From positions 6,407 to 70,406 of IMG/VR virus record IMGVR_UViG_3300048901_000236: a stretch of 64,000 bases of DNA; one strand, written 5' to 3'. This document shows positions 1 through 12,042 of the stretch, one piece after another. The position numbers and the translations under genes were made by a program. Every line of letters begins with the position of its first letter. Within the stretch, counting starts at the first letter, position 1. This DNA comes from a virus. Its lineage: Duplodnaviria > Caudoviricetes. The notes beneath the pieces were generated by a model. It was not told the origin of the DNA. It searched no databases and saw only the letters and a program-made list of their open reading frames with translations.

Positions 1-10
1 TTTCTGGGCC

Positions 11-343
11 GTGCTTTACGGCGCAGACATGGGCCGAATTTTGGTTGTCGAGATAGACAATAAAATTGTCGGTGCCTTGGGATATTCGATGCATACGGAT
101 CCCTACACTGGCGTGAAAGTTGTTAGTGAGCAGTTTTGGTATGTTGATCCGGAGTATAGGTCGAGCGGAATCGGAATAAATTTAATTGGCACGTTCGAGC
201 GTCGAGCCCAGGAACTCGGGGCAGATTGGATTTTTTTGTGTAATCTCGCCGGCCTACGGGGTGAGAAAATGGATCAGCTTTATACCCGCAAGGGTTACAA
301 ACAGATGGAGCGCGTCTACTGGAAGAAAGTCGAAGGTAAATAA
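11..343 (+). CDS. GNAT-family N-acetyltransferase (true start may lie upstream of the window)
   Basis: GNAT motif A-like WYVDPEYRSSGIGINL; C-terminal YTRKGYKQME; directly upstream of ejection-type genes. Confidence 0.8.
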   Translation: MLYGADMGRILVVEIDNKIVGALGYSMHTDPYTGVKVVSEQFWYVDPEYRSSGIGINLIGTFERRAQELGADWIFLCNLAGLRGEKMDQLYTRKGYKQMERVYWKKVEGK

Positions 344-1437
344 TGACCGGAATCGCCGCAGGTATCGCCGTCGCCGCCACGGTAGCAGTTGCTGCCGCTG
401 CCACCGCTGTTGCTAAAAAACAAGCCGCAGACAAGGCCGCGAAGGCGCAAAAAAATGCCATTAATCAGCAGGAACAGCTTCTTCGAAAGAAACTGGATCC
501 AGCAGCACTTAATCGGCTCGCGCAACAGACCGATAAAGAGCGAGCGCTTAATCGGATTGAGCTTCAAAAGGAGGTCGATCCGGAGATCGCACAGCTCCGA
601 GAATTCAGCAAACAGAAGCTTTTGGATTTGGCCCAGCAGCCGGAATCCACGCGGCAGACGACTCAAGTTGCCAATCAACTTTTTCAGGAGGGTATCAAAG
701 AAGATCCGCGCATTACTGCGCTAAAGGATTCAATCATTAATCGTGCTCAGGAAGACTTCAATGCTGGAGCTACGCTTCCGCCGGAATTCCAGGCAGAGCT
801 AGTTCGGGCGGGCATCGACCAGGGCGCACAAGCTGGAGTCGGCACGGCTGGTCGGACCGTAGGCGGATTGACTTCACGGCTACTCGGCAGCGCGGGGATC
901 AATCTACAAAATCAACGCACCGCAGAAGCCACGGCGCTTACGGGCGCAGCACAAAATCTCACCGATGAACGACAGCGAATTCTCGCGAATATTTTTCCGA
1001 CAGTGAAGTCCGTGGAAGATGCCCAAGCAGGCCGAGCCGCGGCCGGGCTCGGAATCGCGGAGGGCATGTTGCCTGAGTCCGGATTGACTGGCCAGCAGGC
1101 GGTCGACATTGAAATCGCGAAGAACAAAGGAATGGCAAATCTTTTGGGTCAGCGGGGAAATATCAACGCGCAAAAGGCGATTGATCAAGGTCAATACGTA
1201 GCTGGTTTGATCGGGGCCGGCAGTAGTTTGGTTTCAGGAGTTGCAGGAGCTGGCGGAGTTGGCGGGGCGGGGGCCGCGGGTGGGGCTGGAGGAGGCGGAT
1301 TTAATTATGCAGGCCTCGCTCAAAATTACATGGCGATTCCTAACAGCGGTGGAGGTACCATAGATACTGGAACCTACGGCAACCGAAACGCGCAACAATC
1401 GGCGAATTACGCCTATCTACAATCTCTTTACCAATAA
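343..1437 (+). CDS. putative DNA pilot/ejection (internal virion) protein
   Basis: Hydrophobic Ala/Gly N-terminus (GIAAGIAVAATVAVAAAA), Gln/Ala-rich helical core, Gly-rich C-terminus; position typical of podovirus ejection proteins. Confidence 0.55.
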   Translation: MTGIAAGIAVAATVAVAAAATAVAKKQAADKAAKAQKNAINQQEQLLRKKLDPAALNRLAQQTDKERALNRIELQKEVDPEIAQLREFSKQKLLDLAQQPESTRQTTQVANQLFQEGIKEDPRITALKDSIINRAQEDFNAGATLPPEFQAELVRAGIDQGAQAGVGTAGRTVGGLTSRLLGSAGINLQNQRTAEATALTGAAQNLTDERQRILANIFPTVKSVEDAQAGRAAAGLGIAEGMLPESGLTGQQAVDIEIAKNKGMANLLGQRGNINAQKAIDQGQYVAGLIGAGSSLVSGVAGAGGVGGAGAAGGAGGGGFNYAGLAQNYMAIPNSGGGTIDTGTYGNRNAQQSANYAYLQSLYQ

Positions 1438-1442
1438 CAGCT

Positions 1443-2882
1443 ATGCCAGGAATTGGATCTGATCGTGCGGGCAGTATTAATATTGCACCCATCGCAAATT
1501 TCGGGGATACCAACGCTGCACCCAAGGGCATCGGCGATTTGATGCAAGCATTTCGTGACGGGTTTATTACCGTCGACGATTTAACGAAACGGGGGCTCGC
1601 CATGCCGGCAGAATTTGCGGCAGCCGGTCAGAATACCCAAGATCAGCTTCAATTGCGTCCCCTCGCGCGGCAGCAACAGATCGGCGCGCTTTCATCGGAT
1701 ATCCAATTGCAACCGAAACGCGCTTCGAACGCCATGGCGGCGGAAGATTTGCGAGCCGGCCAAATCGCGGCCGCAACTGAAGCGCTGCCTACGGCCGAGG
1801 AAACCCAGGCCAGCCGGGCTGAACGCGCAAAATCGGCGCAGCTCCGAAACGCGTTAGCGAGTGATGTGCCCCAGGTGAAGGAGAACGCGATCGCGAATCT
1901 TTCCACAGATCAGCTTTATAATACCTGGACTGCCGCGCATGGTCAGCCGCCGCCAGACAAGATTGAAATTCCGAATGTGGACAACACGATGACGCCGGCT
2001 CCAATTGAGGATTGGATCATCAATACCTACGGGCAAAGCGCGTTGGCCGGGGATGCCCAGGCAGTGATCAATCGTCCAGATATTCAAGCCGCATACGCAA
2101 ATTATGTCAAGGAAGCTCGCAATCGACCTCTGACGTATTTCAAAGGCGATCCGCAATATGATGCGAAGCTTCGAGCGGATCTTCAACAAGCCGATTTGAA
2201 GAATGCGATTCAGGGGGCGGAAATCAAAGCATTGCCGGGCGTGCTCGAAGCGAAGGCCAAAGCTGCGGAAGCGCCATCGAAAGAAAATGAATTCGCCACT
2301 AAGCTACGCGCAGAAATATCGACAGATGCCGGGATGAAGACTTTGACGGAGGAAAATAAATTCGCCACTCGAATTTTGAATCTTACCGCGAAGCCCAATC
2401 CCACGAACGCCGAAGCGCTCGCGGCTCTTGAGGGATATATCAAGCTTCTTGATCCGAACGCTGTCATTCGCCAGGGCAAATTAGTCGTGACTCAAGAAAT
2501 GACTCCGAAGCTTCAACAGATCGGAAAACTTTTCAATCGGATCGGTTCGACGACGGGCGGTTTTTTGAATGCGAACGACATCGAGCAACTTCGTCAAACT
2601 ACGTCGGAGATCCAGGCGGCCACTAATCGCGAGGCCCAACAATTTTTGAAAGTTCGACAAAATGCTCTGATTGCGAATGGCATTGATCCGAATCAAGTTT
2701 TCACGCAGGATCAGCAGGCTATTTTGGGCGGCAATCTTCAGCCGGCCCAGGGGGCAACGAGTCCAGCCACCGCCAGCGGTGTGCAGCCCGGGGACGTCGT
2801 CACACTCAAAGACGGACGGCGCATCAAGGTCAAATCGGTGACTCCGCAAGGTATTATTCCGGACCCTACATTCACCCAATAA
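1443..2882 (+). CDS. putative internal virion/ejection protein
   Basis: 479-aa Ala/Gln-rich helical ORF between the pilot-like gene and the giant protein; no catalytic motif recognised. Confidence 0.45.
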   Translation: MPGIGSDRAGSINIAPIANFGDTNAAPKGIGDLMQAFRDGFITVDDLTKRGLAMPAEFAAAGQNTQDQLQLRPLARQQQIGALSSDIQLQPKRASNAMAAEDLRAGQIAAATEALPTAEETQASRAERAKSAQLRNALASDVPQVKENAIANLSTDQLYNTWTAAHGQPPPDKIEIPNVDNTMTPAPIEDWIINTYGQSALAGDAQAVINRPDIQAAYANYVKEARNRPLTYFKGDPQYDAKLRADLQQADLKNAIQGAEIKALPGVLEAKAKAAEAPSKENEFATKLRAEISTDAGMKTLTEENKFATRILNLTAKPNPTNAEALAALEGYIKLLDPNAVIRQGKLVVTQEMTPKLQQIGKLFNRIGSTTGGFLNANDIEQLRQTTSEIQAATNREAQQFLKVRQNALIANGIDPNQVFTQDQQAILGGNLQPAQGATSPATASGVQPGDVVTLKDGRRIKVKSVTPQGIIPDPTFTQ

Positions 2883-2883
2883 C

Positions 2884-5800
2884 ATGGCCGATACCATCAT
2901 TCCGTTTGATCAAATGGCGACGCTGGACAACCCAGTGTTCAAAGCTGCGGGCATTGCGCCGGCCCCCGAACCCGCGGCCATCCCGTTTGATCAGATTCAA
3001 TCGGCCCCGCCCCAGACGATCGACGTTTCGCAGATTTCCAATGTCGACAGTTTTCCCCGTCGGACTACCGATGATCTACAAAAGGACGATACTTTCGATC
3101 CTCGAAAATATTTCGCGGACAATCCGGATGTCGCCAAGGATCCGGCCCAGCTCCAGAAGCTGATCGATGTTTATCGCGCACGACGCGAGAAAGGTGTCAC
3201 GCTTGGCGCGGTTGGGGAAGCCGTCAAAGCGGCCCCGGGCACCGCAGTTAAATTTGCCAAAGGGCTTGGAACTCTTGCGAATAACGTATTCGAGTTTTCC
3301 GGATTGCAACCCGCTTTTAATGCCGCCGCTTCGGTCATTATTGGCGATGCCTTCGACACTAAGCGCGCCAATGCGCTGCGCCAAGAATCGGAGAATCGTG
3401 CGCGGCAGGCCTATTCTGAATTTCAAGCAGGCACCGAATTAAGTGCAACTGGGCTTTCGGATTTGGCCCGAACTGGAGCGCGTAAGATCTTTGGAAAGCC
3501 CGTTAAGGATTTGTCCAATCAGGAGTTGCTCGCCCAATTAAGCGAGGATGCCGCGTTTCAAAATCAATTGCGGGAAGTGCAGTCCGGCAGGGGAGAATCA
3601 TTGAAAAATGCCGGACTCGATGCCGATACGCTGGCTAAGGAGGGGATTCATCTCGATTCGAATGCGATTGAAAACCTCAGTCTCGTGGATCCGGCGACCG
3701 TCATCGCAACCGCTGGACTTTTCAAAGTTGTCGGCACCGGCGGCAAAATTTTGGCCACCGCAGCAAGCGAGGCCGGCGCAGCGAAGGCTGCGACAGCCTT
3801 AAATAATCTGGCCACTCAAACGGCCGGCAAAGCCGTCCAGGGATTAGGAAAAGCCGTCACGGCGGCGGGTGAGAAAGCCGCCGGAGCCGTCGGGGCTATT
3901 CCTACGCCATTGGCCGAAGCCGGCGGAGCGGTCGGTGGAGCGTTGACTTCCGGTAACGTTGAAGGAGCGTATGTCGGTGCGAAGGCCGCACGAGGGCTTC
4001 AATCCGGGATCGTTAAAGCTGGTCAGGCCGCGGCCAACGTTGGCGAAAGCATCACCAATTTGGGCGAACAAATCACTGGTCAAGCTCCGATTTCGGCGGG
4101 AGTCCAGAAATTGGCGAATTTCGCGAACACGTATGGCCGGCCGATCACCGGCGCGGTCAAAGGAGCCGCAGTCGGAACCGCAGTCGCTGCACCGCTTGCG
4201 TTGCTGGCGGACGAGAATCAGACAGCCGGCGGAATTTTGAGTGGCGGTATCGCACTCGGTGGTGTAGCCGGCGGTCTTCACGGCACGTTCGGCGCAGTGA
4301 CGGATGCCGCAGCTAACCGATATTTCGGAGCACATGAGAAACTTTTGCCGCCGGTCAATTCGCCAGCCTATGGGTTGGATCCCGCGCTCGATGCCGCGCA
4401 TCAATCGGCGATGCAAGCATTGCCGATCCGGGAACGGAATCTGATTAACAACTTCCGCGAAGGGACTCGGAATGTGGGTGGAGAATTCTATGCGCTCAAC
4501 GAGGCCGAATACAGCCGCCAGGTTGCCGAAGCGTATAAACGCGAGACTGGAAAAGACATTTCTCCGGATCTTTTGAAGAAATATGCGGACACGCACGCGC
4601 AGTTCAGTGAATATCGGCCGGATGCCAACGGCAACGTCCGCAAGGTTGTTTTGTTGAATGCGGACGCGCAGGGATTACTGCATGACGCGGGACATCTTTT
4701 TGACGCATCACTTTCGCCGGAAGTCGCGGATTCGCTGCGACAAGCCGTTCAGCAAACGTTCACCCCCGAACAACTCGCGGACGCGCAGGCGCGTTACGAG
4801 CGCCGGCTTGGCGAGAAAATCACGCCCGATCGCGCGATGGATGAATTCATCGCTGAACAATTCAACGCGCTTTTCCACAATGTGCCGTTGAATGAGATGA
4901 CCGCGCCTCCGTCGTTGCTCGGCAAATTCACCGACACGATCGCCAAAGGAGCCGAAGCGCTGGGCATCGATCTCACGGGTGGGAAAGTTACGCCATCCCT
5001 GGGCAATCCGCTTTCGGTGGGAATGCGAGAGCTTTTCAAAAACGCAGCTTCCGAAATTGTCAAGGCCAATGAAACGAACCCGAACAGTAATCCTCCGCCG
5101 ACTGCGCCAGCCGGACCTGCGCCAGCCGGACCTGCGCCAACTCCAGTGCCCGCCGCGCCCGCCGCGCCTCGCCCGGCAGTCCGAAACATCCGGGTAACCA
5201 GAGCCCAGCAGGATGCGTTTGCGAAACGTGCGGCCGAGACCGGCGTAACGGAAGCGAAAGCCAACGCTGCCGGCGAACCCGAAACTGCCGCGCGCGTCAA
5301 AGAAATTTCTGATTCGATGGAGGCCGGGAACCCTGTGCTGGAAATCGAGCACCTGGGCATCACCAACGAAGGATCGCCCGCCGCCCCCACCGGCCGCACC
5401 GCGCGCCGTGGCGAACAGGCCGCCGGCTACGCTGAACTGGAGGCGATCCGCGCCGATAACCGCGCCAACGCGCCGGAGTCTATCGTCAATCAGCACCAGA
5501 AAACTTTTGTTCCGGTGCGCTGGACCAACCAGGGCGGAACTCCGACGTTGATCGCGATGTCGCTGGACAAGGTCATCTCCAACATCCATCAGATCGTCGC
5601 TGACGCCGCAGATAAGAATTCGTCTAGGCTTATTCCCTATCCTTCGGAGAACGGCAAGCTCACGGAAGCCGGCTGGAACAAGGCGATCGCTGACGCCCAA
5701 GCATACGCCGAGAATCAATCGAACGGATTCCGCGGTGACGGCCGGCAGCTCGTCCGGCCGACGGAAGATCTGGGATTTTCAATTCCGGCCGAGAATCCCG

Positions 5801-8800
5801 ATTACAAACCGCAGCTCCTGGGCGAAGCTGAAGCGAATTTCCAGAATTTAATCCAAGGGCTCGCCACGCCGGAGACCGCCCGCGAACAGAAGGGACTCAC
5901 GCCCGGCAATATCAAAGGCCAAGTGTTGGCGGAGGCCAATCAGCGGCCGACGTTGACGCCGTCGCAGATCAAGCCGAAGAATCTCACGAAACAGGAATTC
6001 AAATCGTTTCCCGGTCGATCACTCAAGGAAGTGAATCCGCTGCGCAATGAGCTGGCGAAGGCTGGGGTTGACGTGCGAGATCTGATCGAAGTCACAGAAC
6101 GGATCCGCGCCAAGGACATCGCGAGCGTGAAGCCACGCCCCGACTTGAATTTCAAGGCACCCGTCACCGACATCATCCGGGGTGGATTTTTGCCCGGAGA
6201 ATCGGTAGATGATCTCGCAGACAGGATCCGCGCCACCGACGCCGTTGGATGGCAAAAGCTGACGACGGATATGGGCGGGCTCACCAATGCCGCCTATAAG
6301 CTGGGCCAGGGTTTGAAAGACGTATCCGACGTTCAGAAGCTTCGCCAATACGAAGCCGAGTTTCAGGCACAATATGACGCCGCGAAAAAAGCGGGAGATT
6401 TCGACACGATGTTCCCGGCGGCCACGAAGAAACAGTTTTTCACCGAAGCGATCGAGACGGCAACCGGCGAGAAGCCCGGCAAATATAACACGATCGCGCG
6501 CGTGCTAGGCCCGGATTGGAAGCCACCGTTTCCTCAAGAATCGGCAGGATCCAAGTTCTTACCCAAGCCAGAACCGGCCACGGTCGAGAAATTCAAAGAC
6601 GCGAGTCCCTACGTGAAGGACGAAGCGGGCAATCCGAAAGTCTTTTTCCATGGATCCTTCAAGTCGGAGGAGTTGGTCGACTCGGGGGCGTGGGACATCT
6701 CCAAATCCTATAAACGCAGCTTGTTCGGCCCAGGATTTTATTTCACGGATTCCCCGAAGGCGGCTGGAGGCCCCTATCTCAAGAACAAAGTTCGAGAATT
6801 TTTCGGATTAGAACCGCTCGGGTATGCCACAAAACCCACGGGTCATCACCTGCCATTTGGCATCCCCGAATCCGGAAGCAAGGCACCCCCGTCTCCCGGA
6901 GTGGTGGCTGCATTTCTCGATCTAAAGAATCCTTTTGACATCGAAAAAACGTATTCTCCGAAAGAGGTTCAGGAAATCGCCAAGAATGTCGATCCCTTCA
7001 ACAAACAGCGATGGATTCCGGAATTGGCTGCCCCGTGGGAGGCATTACAAAAAACCGGCGGCACCGGAGGACAAATTTTTCAGACCTTGAAGGAGCATGC
7101 GCTATACACGGAATCTCCGGGAGCAGAGCAAAGTCGACAGGGTCAGAACTCTTACGGAGAAAAATTGACCAAGGATTGGCTTGAGAAATCCGGATTTGAT
7201 GGTGTCACGTATCTCGGCGGAGTCCGGCGAGCGGGGGTTGGACTCCATTCAGTGGTCGCGGCCTGGCATCCCGAACAAATCATCAATGCATTTGATCAGG
7301 GAGGAACTCCCGGAAAATTTTCCAGCCCTAAAAATGTCTCGCCCGACGAGATCAAATTTTTACCTCGAACGGACGCCGGCAAAAAGCTGGCCGACGAAGG
7401 ATTCGACTTCCGAATCTCTGGGCAGCCCGGCACTCGCGGCGTGACCGTTTTGAAGGACGGCGTTGCGGTTGGAGAATTCCAATCGGCCCAGCGCACGCCT
7501 GACGTCGCGGAAATCTCTGGGGTTGGATTGCTCCCGAAGTTCCGCGGCTCGGGAGCCGCCGAGGCGGCATATCGAGAATTGCTTACTCAACTCAAGGAAG
7601 ATGGAGCGAAGAAGGTTGAGGGCACCGTTGTCGCCCCCCAACCATTGGCGATTCGACGAAAGATTTTTGGTGGATTCGATAAACTGGAATTGAATGGCAA
7701 GCCCGTCAATATTAATGATGCACTTCAGGCGGCTAACGAGATTAAGACATCGCGCGAATTGCTCAATATCGAAGCGGTGAACGAGATCAAACCCGAAATG
7801 CAATTCCTCCCAGGCGAGGAAACAGATCAAGCCCGGCGATCCGGATTGCTGCCGGACAAGGCCCCGCCCCGCACTCCCTCGCAGCCGATCCGGGATCTCG
7901 CCGCGGCGTATGCCGAGACGGCCGGCATCAATTACAAGCCCGACTCGACGTATGCTCCGGTCGATCCGAAGCTCGGACGCAAGATCGCGGACTTCTACGA
8001 CGCTGCGAAGTCGAACCCCGAAGATCCAAAGGTCAAAGCTTCCTACGACGCGCTGATCACGGAGACCCAGGCCCAGGCGAAGCAGATTCTGGACGCCGGC
8101 TACACGATCGAGCCCTACATTGGCGACGGCGAGCCCTACAAATCCAGCGCGGATATGGTTGCCGACGTGCGCGACAACAAGCACCTATATTTTCTCCAGA
8201 CGGACAAAGCGATCACCGGCGGCACGGGCACCGACAATCCCATGTTGGAGCAGTCCACGGTGGTGCCGGGCCAGCGTGTAAACGACGTGTTCCGCTGGGT
8301 GCATGATTTCTTCGGGCACGCCAAAGAGGGCTACCAGTTTGGCCCCCGCGGCGAATTCAATGCGTGGCGGGCCCACAGCGAGATGTATTCGCCCGAAGCC
8401 CAGGGCGCGCTGGCGGCTGAAACGCTCGCCCAGAATTCCTGGGTGAACTACGGCAAGCATCTGGAAGGAAAAGACGTCCCGCCGACGGAACGTCCATTCG
8501 CCGAACAGAAGAATGTCGTGGTGCCGCAAAGTCTGATCGATGAGGCAAAAGCCGTCGCCGCTAGCGGGACAGCCAATTTTTTGCCAAAGCAGAAAGAGAT
8601 TCCCCCGGAAGACGTCCAACGACTCAAAAATACCTATATCGCGGACATGGGTCAATATCCGGGATTGATAATCCAGGTTCCGTCAGAACGTATCCAGGCT
8701 TTCCTCAAAACGCTAACGCCCGATGATTTACTGCGTCCGAATGCAATTTCGACCCAAGTGAAACTTCGGGTGGTGTCTCCGAATGGGAAGGCCAAAGAAT

Positions 8801-11800
8801 TCGGACCTTTCTACGCAAGCCGGGGATCTGATCGGGTGATTCGAGATCTCGAACAAGCTGTCGGAATAAAGCGTGAAGTTGGTCAATCAGATGTGGAATT
8901 TTTCCGATCCGAAAATTTCACATCCCCTCTTACTTCTGACGAAGCCGCAAAAGCGATGGGCCAAACCCTCGTGCAAGGGCGTGATGTGCTGGGTCCGGCG
9001 TGGTTATTTCGAGATGGAAAGGCCATAGAAGGCGACAGCGGAATGTATCATGACGATGCGGTCGATGGATTAAACGCCGCCGGAACGGTGGATGCCCGAT
9101 CACCCGAACAATTTCAGGCAGAGACCGGAGCCGTTCGACTCGGAACATTTTCTAGCGCTCGGCATATTTCAGATTATGGGGATGCCACTCTCGGCATTTC
9201 GCTCTCTCGCAAGATGTCCGGGGCGCAGCGGACCGAGATTCTTGAGTTGCTCAAAGGAGAAGTGAAAGAGGGCAACCCCCATTTTTCCGAGATCGCGGTA
9301 GACATCATCAAAGCCGACGGTTCAATCTATGCAGGACGCACATTTAATTATCCATCCCAGCGGGGAATGCTGGCTCGATTTTTGAATGATCCATTTTCTG
9401 AAGAATTCGCGGCTGCTAAAACAGGAGAGAAATTTTTGCCGCGCGAAGACGTGCAATTCTTGCCCAAGAAAAACGCCCAGGAAAATAAAGCGTTGGAATT
9501 TCCCGCTTACGTTGTCCCGGCACCGCAGAATCGCGGCCTTGAACGGACCGTCGATACCGGCGGTGCAACCCGAGAATTTTGGCTCAATTCCAAGACGGGC
9601 AAAGTCATCCTGGCCCCGGATGGACACGAAGAGGCGGCCAACGCTACCGTGCTTCTGGACGAACCTGCGATCCGTGATTCCGGAGATCTGGCGGCCGTCT
9701 ATGACGCCATGCAATCGCGTGGCTGGGTCCGCGGAGTCATTGAGCCGCATGGCGCGACAAATCCATCAATCTTTTTGAACGGTGCCGCCGACGTAGTCTT
9801 GAGTGCCCCCGCGCGGCGGACGATGGAAGACATCGCTTTCAAGAACGACCGACCGGTTTTGCTCAATGATCGGTCGACGGATATTGGTCCGGCCGCGGAA
9901 CCCGCCGGAGGACTTTATCTGCCAAAGAAAGTGAAGCGCGATGAAGAAGGACGGCCACTGACGCGCGATGGGCTGATTGATTACGAACGGCTCTACAAGG
10001 AAAAGATCGCCGCCGAGAAGAAACAACAGCGCGAAGAGGCCAACAAGCCGACGAAAAATTATGACATCCCGAATAATCAAACGGAATTGTCTCCCAAAGG
10101 ATTGACCGGCTGGATTCTCCCCGACAAGAAGTTCGTGCCCCTGGAGACCCAATATCATGAACAATACCTGGCGGACAACGCGGATAAATTGAACGCGCAG
10201 TTCGGAACGGATTTCTCAAACGAGGCGAATGTCGATAGCCGACTCGCGGCACTCAACGCCGGATTCACGCGGCTGCGCTATGAGGCGAATCGGGGCGCGC
10301 TGCACATCGAGACGGCTGCCAAGAATTGGGCCGCCGCCCGCAAACAGATTCTGGACCGAGTGCTGGAAGCTGAAGGATCCATCGACAATTTGATCGTGAG
10401 TCTGTTGGACGAAAACGGTAAGGTGGTGGATTCCATTAACGAACGGCTGTTCAACCTGGACGGACCGGAAAAGCTGAACAAGATCGAGGAAGCGCTAGAT
10501 TCGCTTCGCGCGCGTGGATCCCGATATTTGCCCACGTCGAAGAATTCTTTTCCGGAAGATCGAGTGGAGGACGTTAATCGTTGGCCGAAATTTAATCAAC
10601 TCGTCGGCCTATGGCTTAGTCCAGACGGAGAATTCTTTGATGCCCGTCCAGATCATTACCGGTCCGCAGAAAAATTTATTGTTCCTGAAACCGTGGGCAA
10701 CAAAGAAGATCCCCGCGATGCTGCGTATAAAAAGGGATGGGTGCGTGTCAACTTGGACGGTTCGGGGCGCGACACCGGGGATGGACAGATTTTGATCGAA
10801 GGTGCGAAGCCTAATCGAACACAAAAACAAGCCCTGGAGGATGCCGCGTTTAGCCAATCTCTACCGGTCAAGGATGACAATGGGCAAGAAGTGATTGAGA
10901 ATCCTAATCCGGAAAGTAAATTTTTGCCCAAGGAGCAATCGTTGCCCGGACTCAAAGCCGCGGTCGAGGATGACAAGACCAAGCTAGCCGAGAACGCGAT
11001 CGCCCGCGCCAAGAATGAATTCCCCGAAGCGCGACTGCCCGTCTATGCTCGCGATGATCAGGGGAACGTGCGGCTGAACTGGGAAGGCGCGCCATTGACA
11101 GTTCCCGTCGACTACGATCTGTCGAACACCCCGCTCGCCAAAGAGGCGGCCAAAGGATTGAAGGGTCCCGAACGGGAAAAGGCCATCGCTGCCGCGCTGG
11201 GCGACAAGCTGGTGCGGGAATACAAATCCGCGGTGAAGAATCCCGCGATCGAAGCCGGATCGAAATGGTATTCGACAGCACGGACCCGGCTGAAAAAGTT
11301 GCTGGGTGATGACGCGAAGTTTTTTGCTGAATTGCTAGGGGCAACATCGCCGCAGACTGGCGTGGAAACGAATTTCAAATACGCGGTGGAAGCTTACAAT
11401 CAGTTCAAGGCCGGCGCGTATGACGAGATCCTGGCGAAGTATCGCGAGGGCAAAAAAGCATGGGCCGATGCCGACATCGATGAATTTCTGCGGGATACGA
11501 AGATCGAGAATCCAACGCGTGGACAATTCCTGGACTGGTGGGTCAAGAAGAACAATCTGATACCGCTGCAATCGAACGGCAAACGATTCGGACTTCACAG
11601 CCGCGCCGTGTTGCGCGTGCTGGACCGTAGCTGGCTGTCTGAAGTGAAGGGGCCTAAGACCCCGAACTTTACCGGCAATCTTACGGGCGAGACTTTTGAA
11701 GCGACGATCGATGTCTGGGCGGCCCGCGCGCTGCACCGGCTGGCCAACGAGGGCAACACGAAACGATGGAGGATTCTGCCGGGCAACGAGACCGGGGTGA

Positions 11801-12042
11801 CGGATCCTGATTTCTATCTGGGCCAAGCGGCTTACCGTCATGCCGCGGAGAAACTCGGCATCAAGCCGGACGCGTTGCAAGCCGTGTTGTGGTTCGCCGA
11901 AAAAGACTACTGGGAAAAGAAAGGCTGGACCAAAGCCGTCGGCGCAACGAAGTCCGATTTCAATTCATTGCTAGGCGAGACAGAGCGCACCCCCGAAGGC
12001 AAATTGACGCCGAAGAAACGACAAAAAACCCTCGAACTATGA
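2884..12042 (+). CDS. giant (3052 aa) polyvalent virion/ejection protein with zincin-like, ADP-ribosyltransferase-like, GNAT and HhH-like domains
   Basis: Gly/Ala-rich N-terminus; HDAGH...EFIAE (4681); FHGS...GPGFYFTDS...LKNPF...FDGV...HPEQI (ART-PolyVal pattern, 6640-7290); [16 protein letters not shown] (GNAT); [10 protein letters not shown]; C-terminal LLGATSPQ...TIDVW...LQAVLW. Confidence 0.8.
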   Translation: MADTIIPFDQMATLDNPVFKAAGIAPAPEPAAIPFDQIQSAPPQTIDVSQISNVDSFPRRTTDDLQKDDTFDPRKYFADNPDVAKDPAQLQKLIDVYRARREKGVTLGAVGEAVKAAPGTAVKFAKGLGTLANNVFEFSGLQPAFNAAASVIIGDAFDTKRANALRQESENRARQAYSEFQAGTELSATGLSDLARTGARKIFGKPVKDLSNQELLAQLSEDAAFQNQLREVQSGRGESLKNAGLDADTLAKEGIHLDSNAIENLSLVDPATVIATAGLFKVVGTGGKILATAASEAGAAKAATALNNLATQTAGKAVQGLGKAVTAAGEKAAGAVGAIPTPLAEAGGAVGGALTSGNVEGAYVGAKAARGLQSGIVKAGQAAANVGESITNLGEQITGQAPISAGVQKLANFANTYGRPITGAVKGAAVGTAVAAPLALLADENQTAGGILSGGIALGGVAGGLHGTFGAVTDAAANRYFGAHEKLLPPVNSPAYGLDPALDAAHQSAMQALPIRERNLINNFREGTRNVGGEFYALNEAEYSRQVAEAYKRETGKDISPDLLKKYADTHAQFSEYRPDANGNVRKVVLLNADAQGLLHDAGHLFDASLSPEVADSLRQAVQQTFTPEQLADAQARYERRLGEKITPDRAMDEFIAEQFNALFHNVPLNEMTAPPSLLGKFTDTIAKGAEALGIDLTGGKVTPSLGNPLSVGMRELFKNAASEIVKANETNPNSNPPPTAPAGPAPAGPAPTPVPAAPAAPRPAVRNIRVTRAQQDAFAKRAAETGVTEAKANAAGEPETAARVKEISDSMEAGNPVLEIEHLGITNEGSPAAPTGRTARRGEQAAGYAELEAIRADNRANAPESIVNQHQKTFVPVRWTNQGGTPTLIAMSLDKVISNIHQIVADAADKNSSRLIPYPSENGKLTEAGWNKAIADAQAYAENQSNGFRGDGRQLVRPTEDLGFSIPAENPDYKPQLLGEAEANFQNLIQGLATPETAREQKGLTPGNIKGQVLAEANQRPTLTPSQIKPKNLTKQEFKSFPGRSLKEVNPLRNELAKAGVDVRDLIEVTERIRAKDIASVKPRPDLNFKAPVTDIIRGGFLPGESVDDLADRIRATDAVGWQKLTTDMGGLTNAAYKLGQGLKDVSDVQKLRQYEAEFQAQYDAAKKAGDFDTMFPAATKKQFFTEAIETATGEKPGKYNTIARVLGPDWKPPFPQESAGSKFLPKPEPATVEKFKDASPYVKDEAGNPKVFFHGSFKSEELVDSGAWDISKSYKRSLFGPGFYFTDSPKAAGGPYLKNKVREFFGLEPLGYATKPTGHHLPFGIPESGSKAPPSPGVVAAFLDLKNPFDIEKTYSPKEVQEIAKNVDPFNKQRWIPELAAPWEALQKTGGTGGQIFQTLKEHALYTESPGAEQSRQGQNSYGEKLTKDWLEKSGFDGVTYLGGVRRAGVGLHSVVAAWHPEQIINAFDQGGTPGKFSSPKNVSPDEIKFLPRTDAGKKLADEGFDFRISGQPGTRGVTVLKDGVAVGEFQSAQRTPDVAEISGVGLLPKFRGSGAAEAAYRELLTQLKEDGAKKVEGTVVAPQPLAIRRKIFGGFDKLELNGKPVNINDALQAANEIKTSRELLNIEAVNEIKPEMQFLPGEETDQARRSGLLPDKAPPRTPSQPIRDLAAAYAETAGINYKPDSTYAPVDPKLGRKIADFYDAAKSNPEDPKVKASYDALITETQAQAKQILDAGYTIEPYIGDGEPYKSSADMVADVRDNKHLYFLQTDKAITGGTGTDNPMLEQSTVVPGQRVNDVFRWVHDFFGHAKEGYQFGPRGEFNAWRAHSEMYSPEAQGALAAETLAQNSWVNYGKHLEGKDVPPTERPFAEQKNVVVPQSLIDEAKAVAASGTANFLPKQKEIPPEDVQRLKNTYIADMGQYPGLIIQVPSERIQAFLKTLTPDDLLRPNAISTQVKLRVVSPNGKAKEFGPFYASRGSDRVIRDLEQAVGIKREVGQSDVEFFRSENFTSPLTSDEAAKAMGQTLVQGRDVLGPAWLFRDGKAIEGDSGMYHDDAVDGLNAAGTVDARSPEQFQAETGAVRLGTFSSARHISDYGDATLGISLSRKMSGAQRTEILELLKGEVKEGNPHFSEIAVDIIKADGSIYAGRTFNYPSQRGMLARFLNDPFSEEFAAAKTGEKFLPREDVQFLPKKNAQENKALEFPAYVVPAPQNRGLERTVDTGGATREFWLNSKTGKVILAPDGHEEAANATVLLDEPAIRDSGDLAAVYDAMQSRGWVRGVIEPHGATNPSIFLNGAADVVLSAPARRTMEDIAFKNDRPVLLNDRSTDIGPAAEPAGGLYLPKKVKRDEEGRPLTRDGLIDYERLYKEKIAAEKKQQREEANKPTKNYDIPNNQTELSPKGLTGWILPDKKFVPLETQYHEQYLADNADKLNAQFGTDFSNEANVDSRLAALNAGFTRLRYEANRGALHIETAAKNWAAARKQILDRVLEAEGSIDNLIVSLLDENGKVVDSINERLFNLDGPEKLNKIEEALDSLRARGSRYLPTSKNSFPEDRVEDVNRWPKFNQLVGLWLSPDGEFFDARPDHYRSAEKFIVPETVGNKEDPRDAAYKKGWVRVNLDGSGRDTGDGQILIEGAKPNRTQKQALEDAAFSQSLPVKDDNGQEVIENPNPESKFLPKEQSLPGLKAAVEDDKTKLAENAIARAKNEFPEARLPVYARDDQGNVRLNWEGAPLTVPVDYDLSNTPLAKEAAKGLKGPEREKAIAAALGDKLVREYKSAVKNPAIEAGSKWYSTARTRLKKLLGDDAKFFAELLGATSPQTGVETNFKYAVEAYNQFKAGAYDEILAKYREGKKAWADADIDEFLRDTKIENPTRGQFLDWWVKKNNLIPLQSNGKRFGLHSRAVLRVLDRSWLSEVKGPKTPNFTGNLTGETFEATIDVWAARALHRLANEGNTKRWRILPGNETGVTDPDFYLGQAAYRHAAEKLGIKPDALQAVLWFAEKDYWEKKGWTKAVGATKSDFNSLLGETERTPEGKLTPKKRQKTLEL

